Source of the DNA: an uncultured Candidatus Bathyarchaeia archaeon
GTDB taxonomy: Archaea > Thermoproteota > Bathyarchaeia > 40CM-2-53-6
Direction: 5' to 3'
Assembly (NCBI GenBank): GCA_964361545.1
Contig: CAYIBO010000002.1
Coordinates: 1 to 32,766, forward strand
Length of the DNA: 32,766 nt
Made by a program: the position numbers and the translations under genes. This document shows positions 23,867-32,679 of the stretch, in pieces. How positions within the stretch are numbered: position 1 is the first letter of the stretch; every line of letters begins with the position of its first letter. Under the pieces are notes generated by a model. The model was not told where the DNA came from. It worked only from the letters and a program-made list of their open reading frames with translations, and ran no database searches.

Positions 23867-25774
23867 TTGGGCGAGGAAGAGCAGTCCCTCAAGAGGGACA
23901 TTGGCTGGTACGGGTCCTTCTCCATGGGTTATGCTGATGTTGGCGCGAACGTGTTCATAGCCCTTGGGCTGGTTGCACTCTATGCTGGCGGAGCTACGCC
24001 CATCGCCTTTCTGGTAGCATCAGTAACCTATGTGGCCACAGGGTTGGCCTACGCTGAGCTGGCCACCACATACCCCTATGCTGGCGGAGCTCAAGTATAT
24101 TCCATGAAGGCCTTCAACGATCTAGGAGGCTTCGTCGCCGGTTGGGCGGTAATGCTAGATTACACAGTCGACATAGCGCTCTTCTCTCTGGCCGCGGCCG
24201 GTTACCTAAGCTACTTCCTGCCGACGAACATTGTGGACCCAAGCAATCTCAGGACACTCGGGATGCTCGCAGTAGGACTTGTCCTCTTTCTGCTTCTACT
24301 AAATGTCACAGGAATCAGAGGATCCTCCAAGTTTAACGAGATTCTAGTTGCGGTGGGAATCTCGGTGCAAAGCATTGTCCTCGTTGTGTCTCTCGCCCTT
24401 CATTTCGATTGGAACCTCTTCCTTTCACAGCTCCTTAGCCTGGGCGTAAATCAGCCCCGCCCCGGCATCGACTATCTTCTCCCTGTCCACCTGACCTTCC
24501 AGAATTTCATCTACGCGGCCACTCTAGCCATGGCATCCTTCATCGGGATAGAGTCGATCGCACAGGCTGCGGAGGAAACTAAGAAGCCCTACCGGTGGAT
24601 TCCACGCGCCAACAAACTCTCGATCATCTTCGTCCTTATCTTCACAATTGGATTGTCGATCGCCGGAGTAGGGGGCATAGGAGCAGAGGGTCTCGTGCAG
24701 AATATCCACAACCCTGTAACTGCCATGGCGCAGACGATACCGTCAATCGGATTTCTACTCGCGCCAATCGTCGCTTTCACCGGCTTCGCGCTCTGTTACG
24801 TCTCAACAAACACTGGAGTAATCGGAGTTTCAAGGGTCTCCTTCTCTATGGGACGGTACAGACTTCTACCACAATGGTTCTACAAGGTGCACAAGACATT
24901 CCGAACCCCAGTAAGGGCCATTCTGATATTCGGAGTAGCCGGAGCCGCGCTTTCCCTCACAGGGAATCTCGAGCTTGTCGCTGATCTCTACAACTTCGGT
25001 GCTCTCTTATCCTACATCATGGTCAACCTTAGCCTAATCATCCTTCGGAACACAGAGCCCGACACGTACAGACCTTGGAAGGTTCCAGGCGAGATCAATC
25101 TCCGATTGGGCCAGCGTAGAATCATTATCCCCGCAATCAGCGTAATCGGAACAATCAGCTGTACATCCATCTGGCTCTTGATTATTATCTTCCACCCAGC
25201 CGGGAGGTTGCTCGGAGCGTCCTGGCTCCTAGTCGGATTAGCCGGGTTTCTAGTCTACAGAAAACTCCACTCTTTACCAATCATGTCCAAAGAGGGTGGT
25301 AGACAAATCAAGCCAAGTGGCTATGTCATGAATGCCCTCGCTCTTGTCAGGACCCCGGAAGACCCTGATGCCGTCGCCCAAGCGCTATCGAGAGCGTTGG
25401 ACCCACGCTTCAACCTCACCCTCTTCAACGTCATAGACCCAGCATTAGCGACTCCAAGGCCGGGGGAATTCGGACACTACGACTACCTGAAGAAGCTGGA
25501 AGACGCTGAGAAGAGCGACTTGGAAGACATCGCAAAACGACTGAGAGATGCAGGATTCAAGTGCCAAGCGAGGGTAGCTGTTGGCTCTCTGTTCGAAGTG
25601 CTCCGCCAAGAGGCCGAGTCTGAAGCCAACGATGTAATAGTGCTGATAAAGCGAAAAGCAGCGAAAGGGGACGTGGAGAAGGAGAGGATCGATTCCGCCT
25701 ATGCAGCACTCTCCAGATACCCCGGCAAGCTCATGGTTGTCAGGCGAGTGGAGGTACGCGGTAGACGACGGTGA
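23867..25774 (+). CDS. APC-superfamily amino acid permease with C-terminal USP-like cytoplasmic domain
   Basis: The N-terminal ~480 aa are polytopic (AYAELATTYPYAGGAQVY is APC-typical). The C-terminal ~150 aa (ALALVRTPEDP...NDVIVLIKRK) is USP-like. The start is uncertain: TTG 23867 or ATG 23924. Confidence 0.85.
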   Translation: MGEEEQSLKRDIGWYGSFSMGYADVGANVFIALGLVALYAGGATPIAFLVASVTYVATGLAYAELATTYPYAGGAQVYSMKAFNDLGGFVAGWAVMLDYTVDIALFSLAAAGYLSYFLPTNIVDPSNLRTLGMLAVGLVLFLLLLNVTGIRGSSKFNEILVAVGISVQSIVLVVSLALHFDWNLFLSQLLSLGVNQPRPGIDYLLPVHLTFQNFIYAATLAMASFIGIESIAQAAEETKKPYRWIPRANKLSIIFVLIFTIGLSIAGVGGIGAEGLVQNIHNPVTAMAQTIPSIGFLLAPIVAFTGFALCYVSTNTGVIGVSRVSFSMGRYRLLPQWFYKVHKTFRTPVRAILIFGVAGAALSLTGNLELVADLYNFGALLSYIMVNLSLIILRNTEPDTYRPWKVPGEINLRLGQRRIIIPAISVIGTISCTSIWLLIIIFHPAGRLLGASWLLVGLAGFLVYRKLHSLPIMSKEGGRQIKPSGYVMNALALVRTPEDPDAVAQALSRALDPRFNLTLFNVIDPALATPRPGEFGHYDYLKKLEDAEKSDLEDIAKRLRDAGFKCQARVAVGSLFEVLRQEAESEANDVIVLIKRKAAKGDVEKERIDSAYAALSRYPGKLMVVRRVEVRGRRR

Positions 25775-25784
25775 CGTTCCCGAG

Positions 25785-25811
25785 CTAAGATTGTGATTGC
25801 ATCAATCTTAG
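25785..25811. promoter_or_regulatory. perfect 9-bp inverted repeat (CTAAGATTG-N9-CAATCTTAG)
   Basis: It begins 11 nt after the permease stop (TGA 25772-25774) and about 45 nt upstream of the TATA-like box of the next gene. No T-run follows it, so it could be an operator or a hairpin terminator. Confidence 0.4.
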
Positions 25812-25853
25812 TCAGCAATTCCGACCGGCTCACCATTAGAGCTGGCCCTCGGG

Positions 25854-25861
25854 TTTATCTA
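25854..25861 (+). promoter_or_regulatory. TATA-like box for the RAM-domain gene
   Basis: TTTATCTA ends 27 nt upstream of the ATG at 25889, which is leaderless spacing. Confidence 0.4.
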
Positions 25862-25888
25862 CCGAACTCCCAGTTTGTTCGAAGAACC

Positions 25889-26161
25889 ATGCCCAGGGAT
25901 GTTCGAGTTTTCCTCAACCTGTTCGTCGAGTCAAAGGAGCTGGAAAGAGTCACGGAGAATCTCACTAGGCTCCCAGAAGTCACAGACGTGTTCGAGGTAA
26001 CGGGCGAGTACGACATAGTTTGCATGCTCAAAGTAGAGAATATCCTCGCGTTTCGCGAGCTCCTAAAGAACAAAGTCTTGAAGATTAGCGGCGTGAAAAG
26101 CACGGTTTCTTCCGTGGTCCTCTATACTCACAAGAGGGAAGGAAAGCCGATAGCAGAATGA
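25889..26161 (+). CDS. stand-alone Lrp/AsnC ligand-binding (RAM) domain protein, 90 aa
   Basis: VFLNLFVESKELERVTENLTRLPEVTDVFEVTGEYDIVCMLKVENILAFRELLKNKVLKISGVKSTVSSVVL fits the AsnC-type effector domain. No HTH is present. I shortened the track ORF (25793) to the ATG that has the TATA box. Confidence 0.7.
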   Translation: MPRDVRVFLNLFVESKELERVTENLTRLPEVTDVFEVTGEYDIVCMLKVENILAFRELLKNKVLKISGVKSTVSSVVLYTHKREGKPIAE

Positions 26162-26634
26162 GCTCTGGACAGAGCAATCAGCAACCCACCAAGATACTCC
26201 TTCCCGTCTCTACTTTCATCGACAAGAACCGCCTTTTCAAAGCACTGCAAGTTCTCGCCACTCTCAAAGACCCGCTCATCGTCCTCTTCCGAGTCTTAGA
26301 AGTCCCGCAGAGAACAAACCCCTTGGACCCGGATTTGTGGAGGGACGATATTAGGAAGGCGGAGGATTTCCTGAGCCATTCGGCGGGCTGGCTCAAAACC
26401 GAAGGATACAGGGTTGAAACCAAAGTCGTCACCGCAAGAGACACAGCTGACGGAATAATCACAGAGGCAAACAGCGGCGGCTACACTGTCGTCTTGATGA
26501 TGAAACGCCGAATTAGAAGCGGCTGGGCGAAAATCTTTCACAGAAGCACCAGCGAGGAAGTCATACGTTACGCGAACCCGCTGGTTTTGACATTCCTGGC
26601 TGAGCAACCACTGGGAGAAAGAAAGCCTAAATAG
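26158..26634 (+). CDS. universal stress protein (UspA) family
   Basis: USP-like layout: KILLPVS..., GYTVVLMMKRR..., STSEEVIRYANPLVLTF. The ATG overlaps the upstream stop as ATGA. Confidence 0.75.
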   Translation: MSSGQSNQQPTKILLPVSTFIDKNRLFKALQVLATLKDPLIVLFRVLEVPQRTNPLDPDLWRDDIRKAEDFLSHSAGWLKTEGYRVETKVVTARDTADGIITEANSGGYTVVLMMKRRIRSGWAKIFHRSTSEEVIRYANPLVLTFLAEQPLGERKPK

Positions 26635-26735
26635 CATGATTCCGGGTCTTGCTGCCTCGCTGAGGAATGATCCCACATGGGTGAACTTCTTCCACAAACT
26701 CCCGTTCCGTAGCCACCCGCTGCTCCGCACTTCCA

Positions 26736-26740
26736 GGAGG
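26736..26740 (+). promoter_or_regulatory. Shine-Dalgarno-like GGAGG upstream of proS
   Basis: GGAGG lies 8 nt upstream of the ATG at 26749. Confidence 0.5.
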
Positions 26741-26748
26741 CTCTGTCG

Positions 26749-28194
26749 ATGAGCACAAAGGAGCTAGGCATCACTGTAAAAAAAGACGAGAATCTATCGG
26801 AATGGTATACTCAAGTTGTCACAAAGGCTCAGCTAGCAGACTATTCCAGTGCCAAAGGATTCATGGTTCTGATGCCCCATGGCTTCGCCATATGGGAACT
26901 GATCAAGGAGTATTTCGACAAGAGAATAAAGGAAATTGGACACAAGAACGCCTACTTCCCCCTCCTAATTCCCGAGAGATTGCTGAAGATGGAGGCTGAG
27001 CATTTCGAGGGCTTCACTCCCGAAGTCTTCTGGGTCACACATTCAGGAGACAACGAACTAGGCGAGCGGTTAGCCGTTCGTCCGACATCAGAAACAATCA
27101 TTTACGAGTCGTACAGTAAATGGGTTAAGAGCTGGCGGGACCTCCCGGTTCTCATCAACGTGTGGAATTCGGTTGTAAGGGCCGAGATCACCTCTACCAG
27201 GCCGTTCCTTCGAACTACAGAGTTTCTCTGGCAGGAAGGCCACACGGTGCACGCGACAGAAGAGGAGGCGGAGAAGGAAGTGATGACAATTCTTGACATT
27301 TACACTCGGCTGGCTGAAGACCAGCTTGCCATACCCGTCCTAGCAGGCAAGAAGACAGAGCGGGAGAAGTTCAAGGGCGCGGTCTACACCACGACCTTGG
27401 AGGCAATAATGCCTGATGGAAAAGCAATCCAGATGGGAACATCCCACCATCTGGGCCAGAAGTTCTCAAGACCTTTCGAAATCAAATATCTGGGAACTGA
27501 TGAGAAGGAACATTACGCTTGGACTACTTCCTGGGGAGTATCTTGGCGGCTAATAGGAACCATGATCCTCACACACGGCGACAACAAGGGGCTGATCATC
27601 CCCCCCAGAATAGCACCCATACAGGTCGTCATTGTACCCATTCTCTACAAGGAAGAAGACAGCGAAAACATTCTGAAGGAAACGAGACACCTTGCCTCAA
27701 CTCTCGAGAAATGTGGCATCAGAACCTACACGGACGACCGGACCCAATACACTCCCGGCTGGAAGTACAACGAATGGGAGATGAAAGGCGTCCCCTTGAG
27801 AGTGGAGATAGGTCCGAGGGATGTCAAGAGCAAGCAAGTAACGGTTGTGAGGCGAGACACGGGCGAGAAATCTACTATCCCTCGCTCCTCAGCAGAAGAT
27901 AAGATGGAGAAGTTGCTTGACGAGATTCAGGAGTCCATGTTCCAGAGGGCGAAGAAGTCGATGGACCAGCTTACCAGCAAAGCCGAGGATATGGAATCCT
28001 TCAACCGGACACTGGAGGAGAAAGGCGGTTTCATCAAAGCCTTCCTTTGCGACGATGTGATATGCGAGGACCAGATAAAGCAGGAGACAGGGGCCACCGT
28101 AAGGCTGGTCCCATTCCAGCGGAAGGAAACAGGAAAGTGCGTCCACTGCGGGACCGATGGGTCACAGATGGTCTATTTCGCAAGGTCATACTAG
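26749..28194 (+). CDS. proS: proline--tRNA ligase (archaeal/eukaryotic type)
   Basis: N-terminal NLSEWYTQVVTKAQLADY, class II motifs (FRTTEFLWQEGHT, MGTSHHLG), and the C-terminal zinc-binding tail CVHCG...YFARSY. Confidence 0.95.
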   Translation: MSTKELGITVKKDENLSEWYTQVVTKAQLADYSSAKGFMVLMPHGFAIWELIKEYFDKRIKEIGHKNAYFPLLIPERLLKMEAEHFEGFTPEVFWVTHSGDNELGERLAVRPTSETIIYESYSKWVKSWRDLPVLINVWNSVVRAEITSTRPFLRTTEFLWQEGHTVHATEEEAEKEVMTILDIYTRLAEDQLAIPVLAGKKTEREKFKGAVYTTTLEAIMPDGKAIQMGTSHHLGQKFSRPFEIKYLGTDEKEHYAWTTSWGVSWRLIGTMILTHGDNKGLIIPPRIAPIQVVIVPILYKEEDSENILKETRHLASTLEKCGIRTYTDDRTQYTPGWKYNEWEMKGVPLRVEIGPRDVKSKQVTVVRRDTGEKSTIPRSSAEDKMEKLLDEIQESMFQRAKKSMDQLTSKAEDMESFNRTLEEKGGFIKAFLCDDVICEDQIKQETGATVRLVPFQRKETGKCVHCGTDGSQMVYFARSY

Positions 28195-29099
28195 CTTAGC
28201 GACTTACAAGGTCTCACCCTTCCGTAGACCCAAGCTGAACGGCGAAACAGCTCCCACCTAGACAAGCGAAACTTTGCGAGACCACGGCCTCGGAGCATCA
28301 TAGATGCGAACGCTGACCCCACACTTCCAGCCCAAACGGGGTCTCTTGTGAATAGGAACGTGGCAAGCCAGCTTCCCACAAAACCGTCGCCCGATCCCGT
28401 AGGATCAACGGCTTCATCCTCAGGGTACGAAGGAATAATGAACCTGCCGCCCTTCCCTGTTGCAAGAATTGTCCCCTCACGGCCGAGAGTGACCATTGCA
28501 AATTTAGGTCCCCTAACAAGCAATGCTTCCGCCTGGTCCAAGGGGTCCTTCTTAGCAGTCAGTACACGAGCCTCTTCCCGCGACGCCTTCACTAGGTCAC
28601 ACATGCGGAGAATCGGATCGAGAGGTCTCGAAACAAGTCGGACAGAGCCATCTCCTCTAGGAGCGCGGATCAGTCCTTGAATGTCCAAGGACATGAAGCG
28701 ACAATGACGACGGACCAGTCGGGCAAGTGCATGTTTGACTTCACCGAATACGGGGCCGAGATGTGCCGCTTGCCAGTGCCCCTCGACCGTATCGACGCTA
28801 AGCCCGCTCCCCGGCTGAAGTATTCGAAGCTTGCGAGAAGCATTCCGGTAAGTGAGCCTGAACCGAGTCGATGGAGCGCTGATGCTCCTTACGGCACTAA
28901 CATCAATTCCCTTGTTCTTCAACCAAGCTAGAGTATCCCTCGGGTAATCTGGGCCTATGTTTGCCACTACGCTGACGTCAATGCCAAAGTAGGCAGAGGT
29001 GGCTGAAACGTAGAGTGCTGAGCCTCCAGGGGCGAACCTAACAACACCATTGCCTTCTATCTCGTCCACTGTTAGGTTACCGAAAACCGCTGCCTTCAA
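28191..29099 (-). CDS. PfkB-family carbohydrate/nucleoside kinase
   Basis: N-terminal MKAAVFGNLTVDEI and C-terminal DPTGSGDGFVGSW (the PfkB DxTGAGD signature). TTG start. Confidence 0.8.
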   Translation of the reverse strand: MKAAVFGNLTVDEIEGNGVVRFAPGGSALYVSATSAYFGIDVSVVANIGPDYPRDTLAWLKNKGIDVSAVRSISAPSTRFRLTYRNASRKLRILQPGSGLSVDTVEGHWQAAHLGPVFGEVKHALARLVRRHCRFMSLDIQGLIRAPRGDGSVRLVSRPLDPILRMCDLVKASREEARVLTAKKDPLDQAEALLVRGPKFAMVTLGREGTILATGKGGRFIIPSYPEDEAVDPTGSGDGFVGSWLATFLFTRDPVWAGSVGSAFASMMLRGRGLAKFRLSRWELFRRSAWVYGRVRPCKSLS

Positions 29100-29188
29100 C
29101 CCTGTTCGCCGTCTGTGTAGCGTGTCTCAAGACCACGGGAAGAGATTAGTAGTAAGGCTTCACAGGGCGGGTAGGGATTTGAAGATAG

Positions 29189-29461
29189 ATGACGAAGAAG
29201 CGTAGGTCCAGAGGTCGCAGCAAGGGTGGAAAGGGTCGGAGCGAGCTGGTACAGTGCACCAACTGTGGGATGCTGACACCACGGGACAAGGTCAAGAGGG
29301 TATCATCCTGGGTCTCGCTGGTGGAGCCTTCTCTTGCCAAGGAGCTGAGGGCGAAGGGAGCATACATTGCCCGTCAGCGTGTGATGAAAAACCTATGCGT
29401 GTCCTGCTCAGTTCACTTCGGCGTCACCAAGGTCCGGGCCAGAGAAGAGAGACGCCTCTAG
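29189..29461 (+). CDS. rps26e: 30S ribosomal protein eS26
   Basis: MTKKRRSRGRSKGGKGRSELVQCTNCGMLTPRDKVKR...CVSCSVH is the eS26 pattern. Confidence 0.9.
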   Translation: MTKKRRSRGRSKGGKGRSELVQCTNCGMLTPRDKVKRVSSWVSLVEPSLAKELRAKGAYIARQRVMKNLCVSCSVHFGVTKVRAREERRL

Positions 29462-30072
29462 ACCCCGCACTTCTTCCCCGTTCCTGACACGGCAGAACCG
29501 ATCCTGTAGACGCGTTCAGCTACTGTCACCGAGGCTAGGACTGCTATCAACAGCACTCCCCAGAACAAAGAAGCGGGATACAACGGCTGGAGAATCGTCG
29601 CAACTAGCAATATCAGGAGTCTTTCTGGACGCTCTGCAATTCCCACACCCTTCATAACAATGCCTTCTGCCTCAGCTCGGGCACGCGCATAACTTATCAT
29701 GAAGGAAGCTGACAACACCCATAGTGCCAATCGGAAATCCACAAGTCCCCCAGCTGCGAGGCCTGAATAGAGGAGTAATTCTCCGACCCGGTCAAGGATA
29801 CTGTCGAGGATGCCTCCCATTTTGGACACTAGCCCATACCGTCGCGCCATCGCACCATCAAGCGCATCAAAATAGCTGGCAAGCAACAATGCAAGGACCG
29901 CCCCCGCCTTTTCCAACCCGGAACGAAGGCCATCCAGATAGAAGAGAAACGTGAGCAGGGCTAGCGCGAACCCAAGAACCGAAACGGAGTTCGGGGACAG
30001 ACCAGCCCTCTTGAAGATACCTGCTGAGGACTCGAAGAATCCCTCCACTAGGTGCTGTATTCTGGAAAGCAT
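29458..30072 (-). CDS. CDP-alcohol phosphatidyltransferase family protein (archaeal polar-lipid headgroup synthase)
   Basis: Motif DALDGAMARRYGLVSKMGGILDSILDRVGE, i.e. D-x2-D-G-x2-A-R...G-x3-D-x3-D. I shortened the track ORF (30306) to the ATG at 30072, because the extension overlaps the divergent small gene. Confidence 0.8.
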   Translation of the reverse strand: MLSRIQHLVEGFFESSAGIFKRAGLSPNSVSVLGFALALLTFLFYLDGLRSGLEKAGAVLALLLASYFDALDGAMARRYGLVSKMGGILDSILDRVGELLLYSGLAAGGLVDFRLALWVLSASFMISYARARAEAEGIVMKGVGIAERPERLLILLVATILQPLYPASLFWGVLLIAVLASVTVAERVYRIGSAVSGTGKKCGV

Positions 30073-30172
30073 GGGGGCCCCAGCTCTGCCTCCCGGGTCT
30101 TTTAGAGGGTTGTGATTCAGCACGCGAAACTTTCTTTTACAGACCTTTGGGCCCTCAACCAAGGCCGCTGTC

Positions 30173-30379
30173 ATGGGAAAAGTTGCTAAGGGCGTAAAGT
30201 GTACCGTCACAGGGTGCTCAGAAAACGCGATTAGGTCAATATCGCCAGAAGACATCTCCAAAGCTGGTCTGAAAGTGTCCTCGCAGGGCAGAGGGTATCT
30301 CTGCAAGAACCATTACAAGGAGCTCAAGAAGAAACTGCGCAAAGACAAGAAGATTGAGCGTTGGAGGATGATGCCTTGA
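30173..30379 (+). CDS. small basic protein with C-x4-C...C-x2-H putative zinc site (68 aa)
   Basis: MGKVAKGVKCTVTGCSENA...YLCKNHYKELKKKLRK. The stop overlaps an in-frame TTG of thrS as TTGA. No family is recognised. Confidence 0.5.
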   Translation: MGKVAKGVKCTVTGCSENAIRSISPEDISKAGLKVSSQGRGYLCKNHYKELKKKLRKDKKIERWRMMP

Positions 30380-32226
30380 GATTGCTCCTAATACATGCGG
30401 ACCGGTTCGAGTACGAAGCCAAACAGAAAGCAGTCAAAGAGCCGGAGCCCGTAGATGTCTCGATGAAAAGGGGTGCTCTTGAAGACGGGCTCGTAGCGTT
30501 CTGTACCGTCGAGAAAATAGACGAAGACGCGCCCGAGAGCGTAGTTGAGAACGCGGCGAGTTCAATAGACGAAGTGTTGGGCTGGCTAAAGACCAAGCGC
30601 GTAATGGTGTACCCCTACGCACATCTTTCCACGAACCTCGCATCCCGGGACCCAGCCATCAAGATTCTCAGAGGCCTGGAAGAGAATCTGGCAAGCAAGG
30701 GATACGAGGTTAGCAGAAGCCCATTCGGATGGTACAAGAGCTTCACGATAACCTGCAAAGGTCATCCCCTCTCCGAACTTTCCAGAACAATTACGCCGCA
30801 AGCTCAGGCAAAACAGACCGTCACAACTCTCAAGACCGAATACATGGTCATGGATCAAGAGGGGAATCTCCATAACCCGGAAAGCTTCCAGTTCAAACCG
30901 GGACAGGAAGAACTCCGTTCCCTGGTAGAGAAGGAGGCGCTGAAGAAGGGACTGACTGGGGGAGAACCGCACTTCCTTGAGTACGCCCGCAGATTCGGAA
31001 TAGAATGGGAGTCCTACGCCGATGTGGGCCAGATGAGGTTCGGTCCAGAGGCCACGCTGGTAATGGACCTATTGGGCGAGTATGCTAACCAGGTCATCAG
31101 AAGGATAGGAATCCCAATACTCAACGTGAAAGGCACGAACATGTTCGACGTAACTGTCAAGCCGATCAAGGAACATCTGCAGCTCTTCGGGTCCAGAGCC
31201 TACGAGGTCAAGGTGGACGATAGGACCTTCGTACTTCGGTATGCGGCGTGCTTCCAGCAATTCTCCATGGTCAAAGACTGGACCCTCAGCTATCGAAACC
31301 TGCCGTTCGGCACCTTCGAGGTGGCAGACAGCTACAGAATGGAACAGAGCGGGGAACTGCTCCTCTCATTCAGGCTCCGCAAGTTCCTCATGCCGGACCT
31401 CCACATCTACCTCAAGAACCTAGAAGAGGCTATTGACGTTGGAAGGAGAGTTCACAGGGTCATCTACGAGGAGGTCCGCAAACTCGATAGAGAATACGTC
31501 TCCCTCTACAACACAACGCGTTCCTTCTTCGAAAGCCACAAGAAACTCTTCCTAGAACTTGTCAAGGTTGAGAAGAAGCCCGTACTGCTCAACTTTGTTC
31601 CAGAAGGCATCTACTACTGGGTCCTAAACGTGGAGTACAACATCATCGATGACCTTGACAGGCCACGGGAGATAGGAACATTTCAGATAGATGTGGGGAA
31701 CGCGGAGCGATTCGGGATCAGCTACGCCAATGAGAAGGGAGAGAAGGTCTTCCCAGTAATCATTCACACCGCTGTTCTCGGCGGCCTAGAACGTTTCCTC
31801 TTCGCATTGCTAGACTCGGCCGTTCGCCTTGAGAGGAAGGGCAAGAAGCCGATGCTGCCAGTCTGGGTTTCTCCTGTTCAGGCCAGAATCATTCCCGTCG
31901 CCAAGCAGTTTGTCAAGCCTGCTTTGAAGCTCCTGGCGCAGCTGGAGGAGGCTAGCGTACGCGCGGATCTAGATGAAAGAAGCGACACGATACAGAGCAA
32001 AGTCAGAGAGGCGGAACTCAGCTGGGTCCCCTACATCCTAATCTACGGCGAGAAAGAGATCAAGACCAAGAAACTCTCGATACGATCCAGAGCGGAAGCC
32101 AAGGAGACTAAGATGACCATTACAGCGTTTCTGAAGAGCATTGGCGAAGAAACTGAAGGCTATCCGAGGAGAGAGCTAACCTTCCCAACAATCCTAAGCC
32201 AGCGTCCGGGCTACAAGCGAATCTGA
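30361..32226 (+). CDS. thrS: threonine--tRNA ligase, archaeal type with N-terminal DTD-like editing domain
   Basis: LRLLLIHADRFEYEA is the archaeal editing-domain N-terminus. Class II catalytic blocks (FRLRKFLMPDLHIY, IHTAVLGGLERF) and the anticodon-binding domain are present. The likely true start is TTG 30376, giving MRLLLIH. Confidence 0.93.
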   Translation: MEDDALRLLLIHADRFEYEAKQKAVKEPEPVDVSMKRGALEDGLVAFCTVEKIDEDAPESVVENAASSIDEVLGWLKTKRVMVYPYAHLSTNLASRDPAIKILRGLEENLASKGYEVSRSPFGWYKSFTITCKGHPLSELSRTITPQAQAKQTVTTLKTEYMVMDQEGNLHNPESFQFKPGQEELRSLVEKEALKKGLTGGEPHFLEYARRFGIEWESYADVGQMRFGPEATLVMDLLGEYANQVIRRIGIPILNVKGTNMFDVTVKPIKEHLQLFGSRAYEVKVDDRTFVLRYAACFQQFSMVKDWTLSYRNLPFGTFEVADSYRMEQSGELLLSFRLRKFLMPDLHIYLKNLEEAIDVGRRVHRVIYEEVRKLDREYVSLYNTTRSFFESHKKLFLELVKVEKKPVLLNFVPEGIYYWVLNVEYNIIDDLDRPREIGTFQIDVGNAERFGISYANEKGEKVFPVIIHTAVLGGLERFLFALLDSAVRLERKGKKPMLPVWVSPVQARIIPVAKQFVKPALKLLAQLEEASVRADLDERSDTIQSKVREAELSWVPYILIYGEKEIKTKKLSIRSRAEAKETKMTITAFLKSIGEETEGYPRRELTFPTILSQRPGYKRI

Positions 32227-32253
32227 ACAAGGCTGACAAGCCGGGGCAACTCA

Positions 32254-32261
32254 TTTATATT
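32254..32261 (+). promoter_or_regulatory. TATA box candidate
   Basis: TTTATATT ends 31 nt upstream of the TTG start at 32292. Confidence 0.4.
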
Positions 32262-32291
32262 CAGACCTTTGATGACCCGCGCTGACCGCTC

Positions 32292-32576
32292 TTGAACAAA
32301 GACCAGTCCTATGGCGGACTCATATTCGTAGTATCAGTATTGATAGCTCTCGGATACTTGTTTGGCCTTACCAGAGCTGATTGGCGGACATGGTTGGTCG
32401 GAGTACCCGTTGTTCTAGCGGTTTTGGGAATACTGGGCATAACAGCCTGGATAGGCTGGACCATGCTCACAACACCACCCCCTGCGCCCTTGGAAGCCGA
32501 TATTGGTCTCCCCAGCACTAGCTCCAGTACAACTTCAGCCGATGCTGGCTCGAAGTCTGAAGAGAAAAAAGCCTAG
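32292..32576 (+). CDS. small membrane protein (two TM helices, Ser/Thr-rich acidic tail)
   Basis: Hydrophobic segments GGLIFVVSVLIALGYLFGL and LVGVPVVLAVLGILGITAWIGWTML. TTG start preceded by the TATA candidate. Confidence 0.45.
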   Translation: MNKDQSYGGLIFVVSVLIALGYLFGLTRADWRTWLVGVPVVLAVLGILGITAWIGWTMLTTPPPAPLEADIGLPSTSSSTTSADAGSKSEEKKA

Positions 32577-32679
32577 CCTTCCCCTTCCTGACGCATCGTA
32601 ACTCTTTCTCATTCCTGAAGGTTACAACATACGTAAGCATCCCAGGACAGTCTCCAATCTCACTCTTCGGTGCTACAGT

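Noticed and set aside
25793-25888. Longer start (122 aa) for the RAM-domain protein.
   Set aside because: The extension (MIASILVSNSDRLTIRAGPRVYLPNSQFVRRT) covers the inverted repeat and the TATA-like box and adds no HTH. The ATG at 25889 has leaderless spacing from the TATA box.
30073-30306. Long form (282 aa) of the CDP-alcohol phosphatidyltransferase.
   Set aside because: The extra 78 residues are not membrane-like. They overlap the divergent small CCCH gene and its promoter. The family's first TM segment starts right after the ATG at 30072.
32267-32286. C/D-box sRNA-like TGATGA ... CTGA.
   Set aside because: The boxes are only about 10 nt apart. There is no second box pair and no terminal stem, so it does not fit C/D sRNA architecture.
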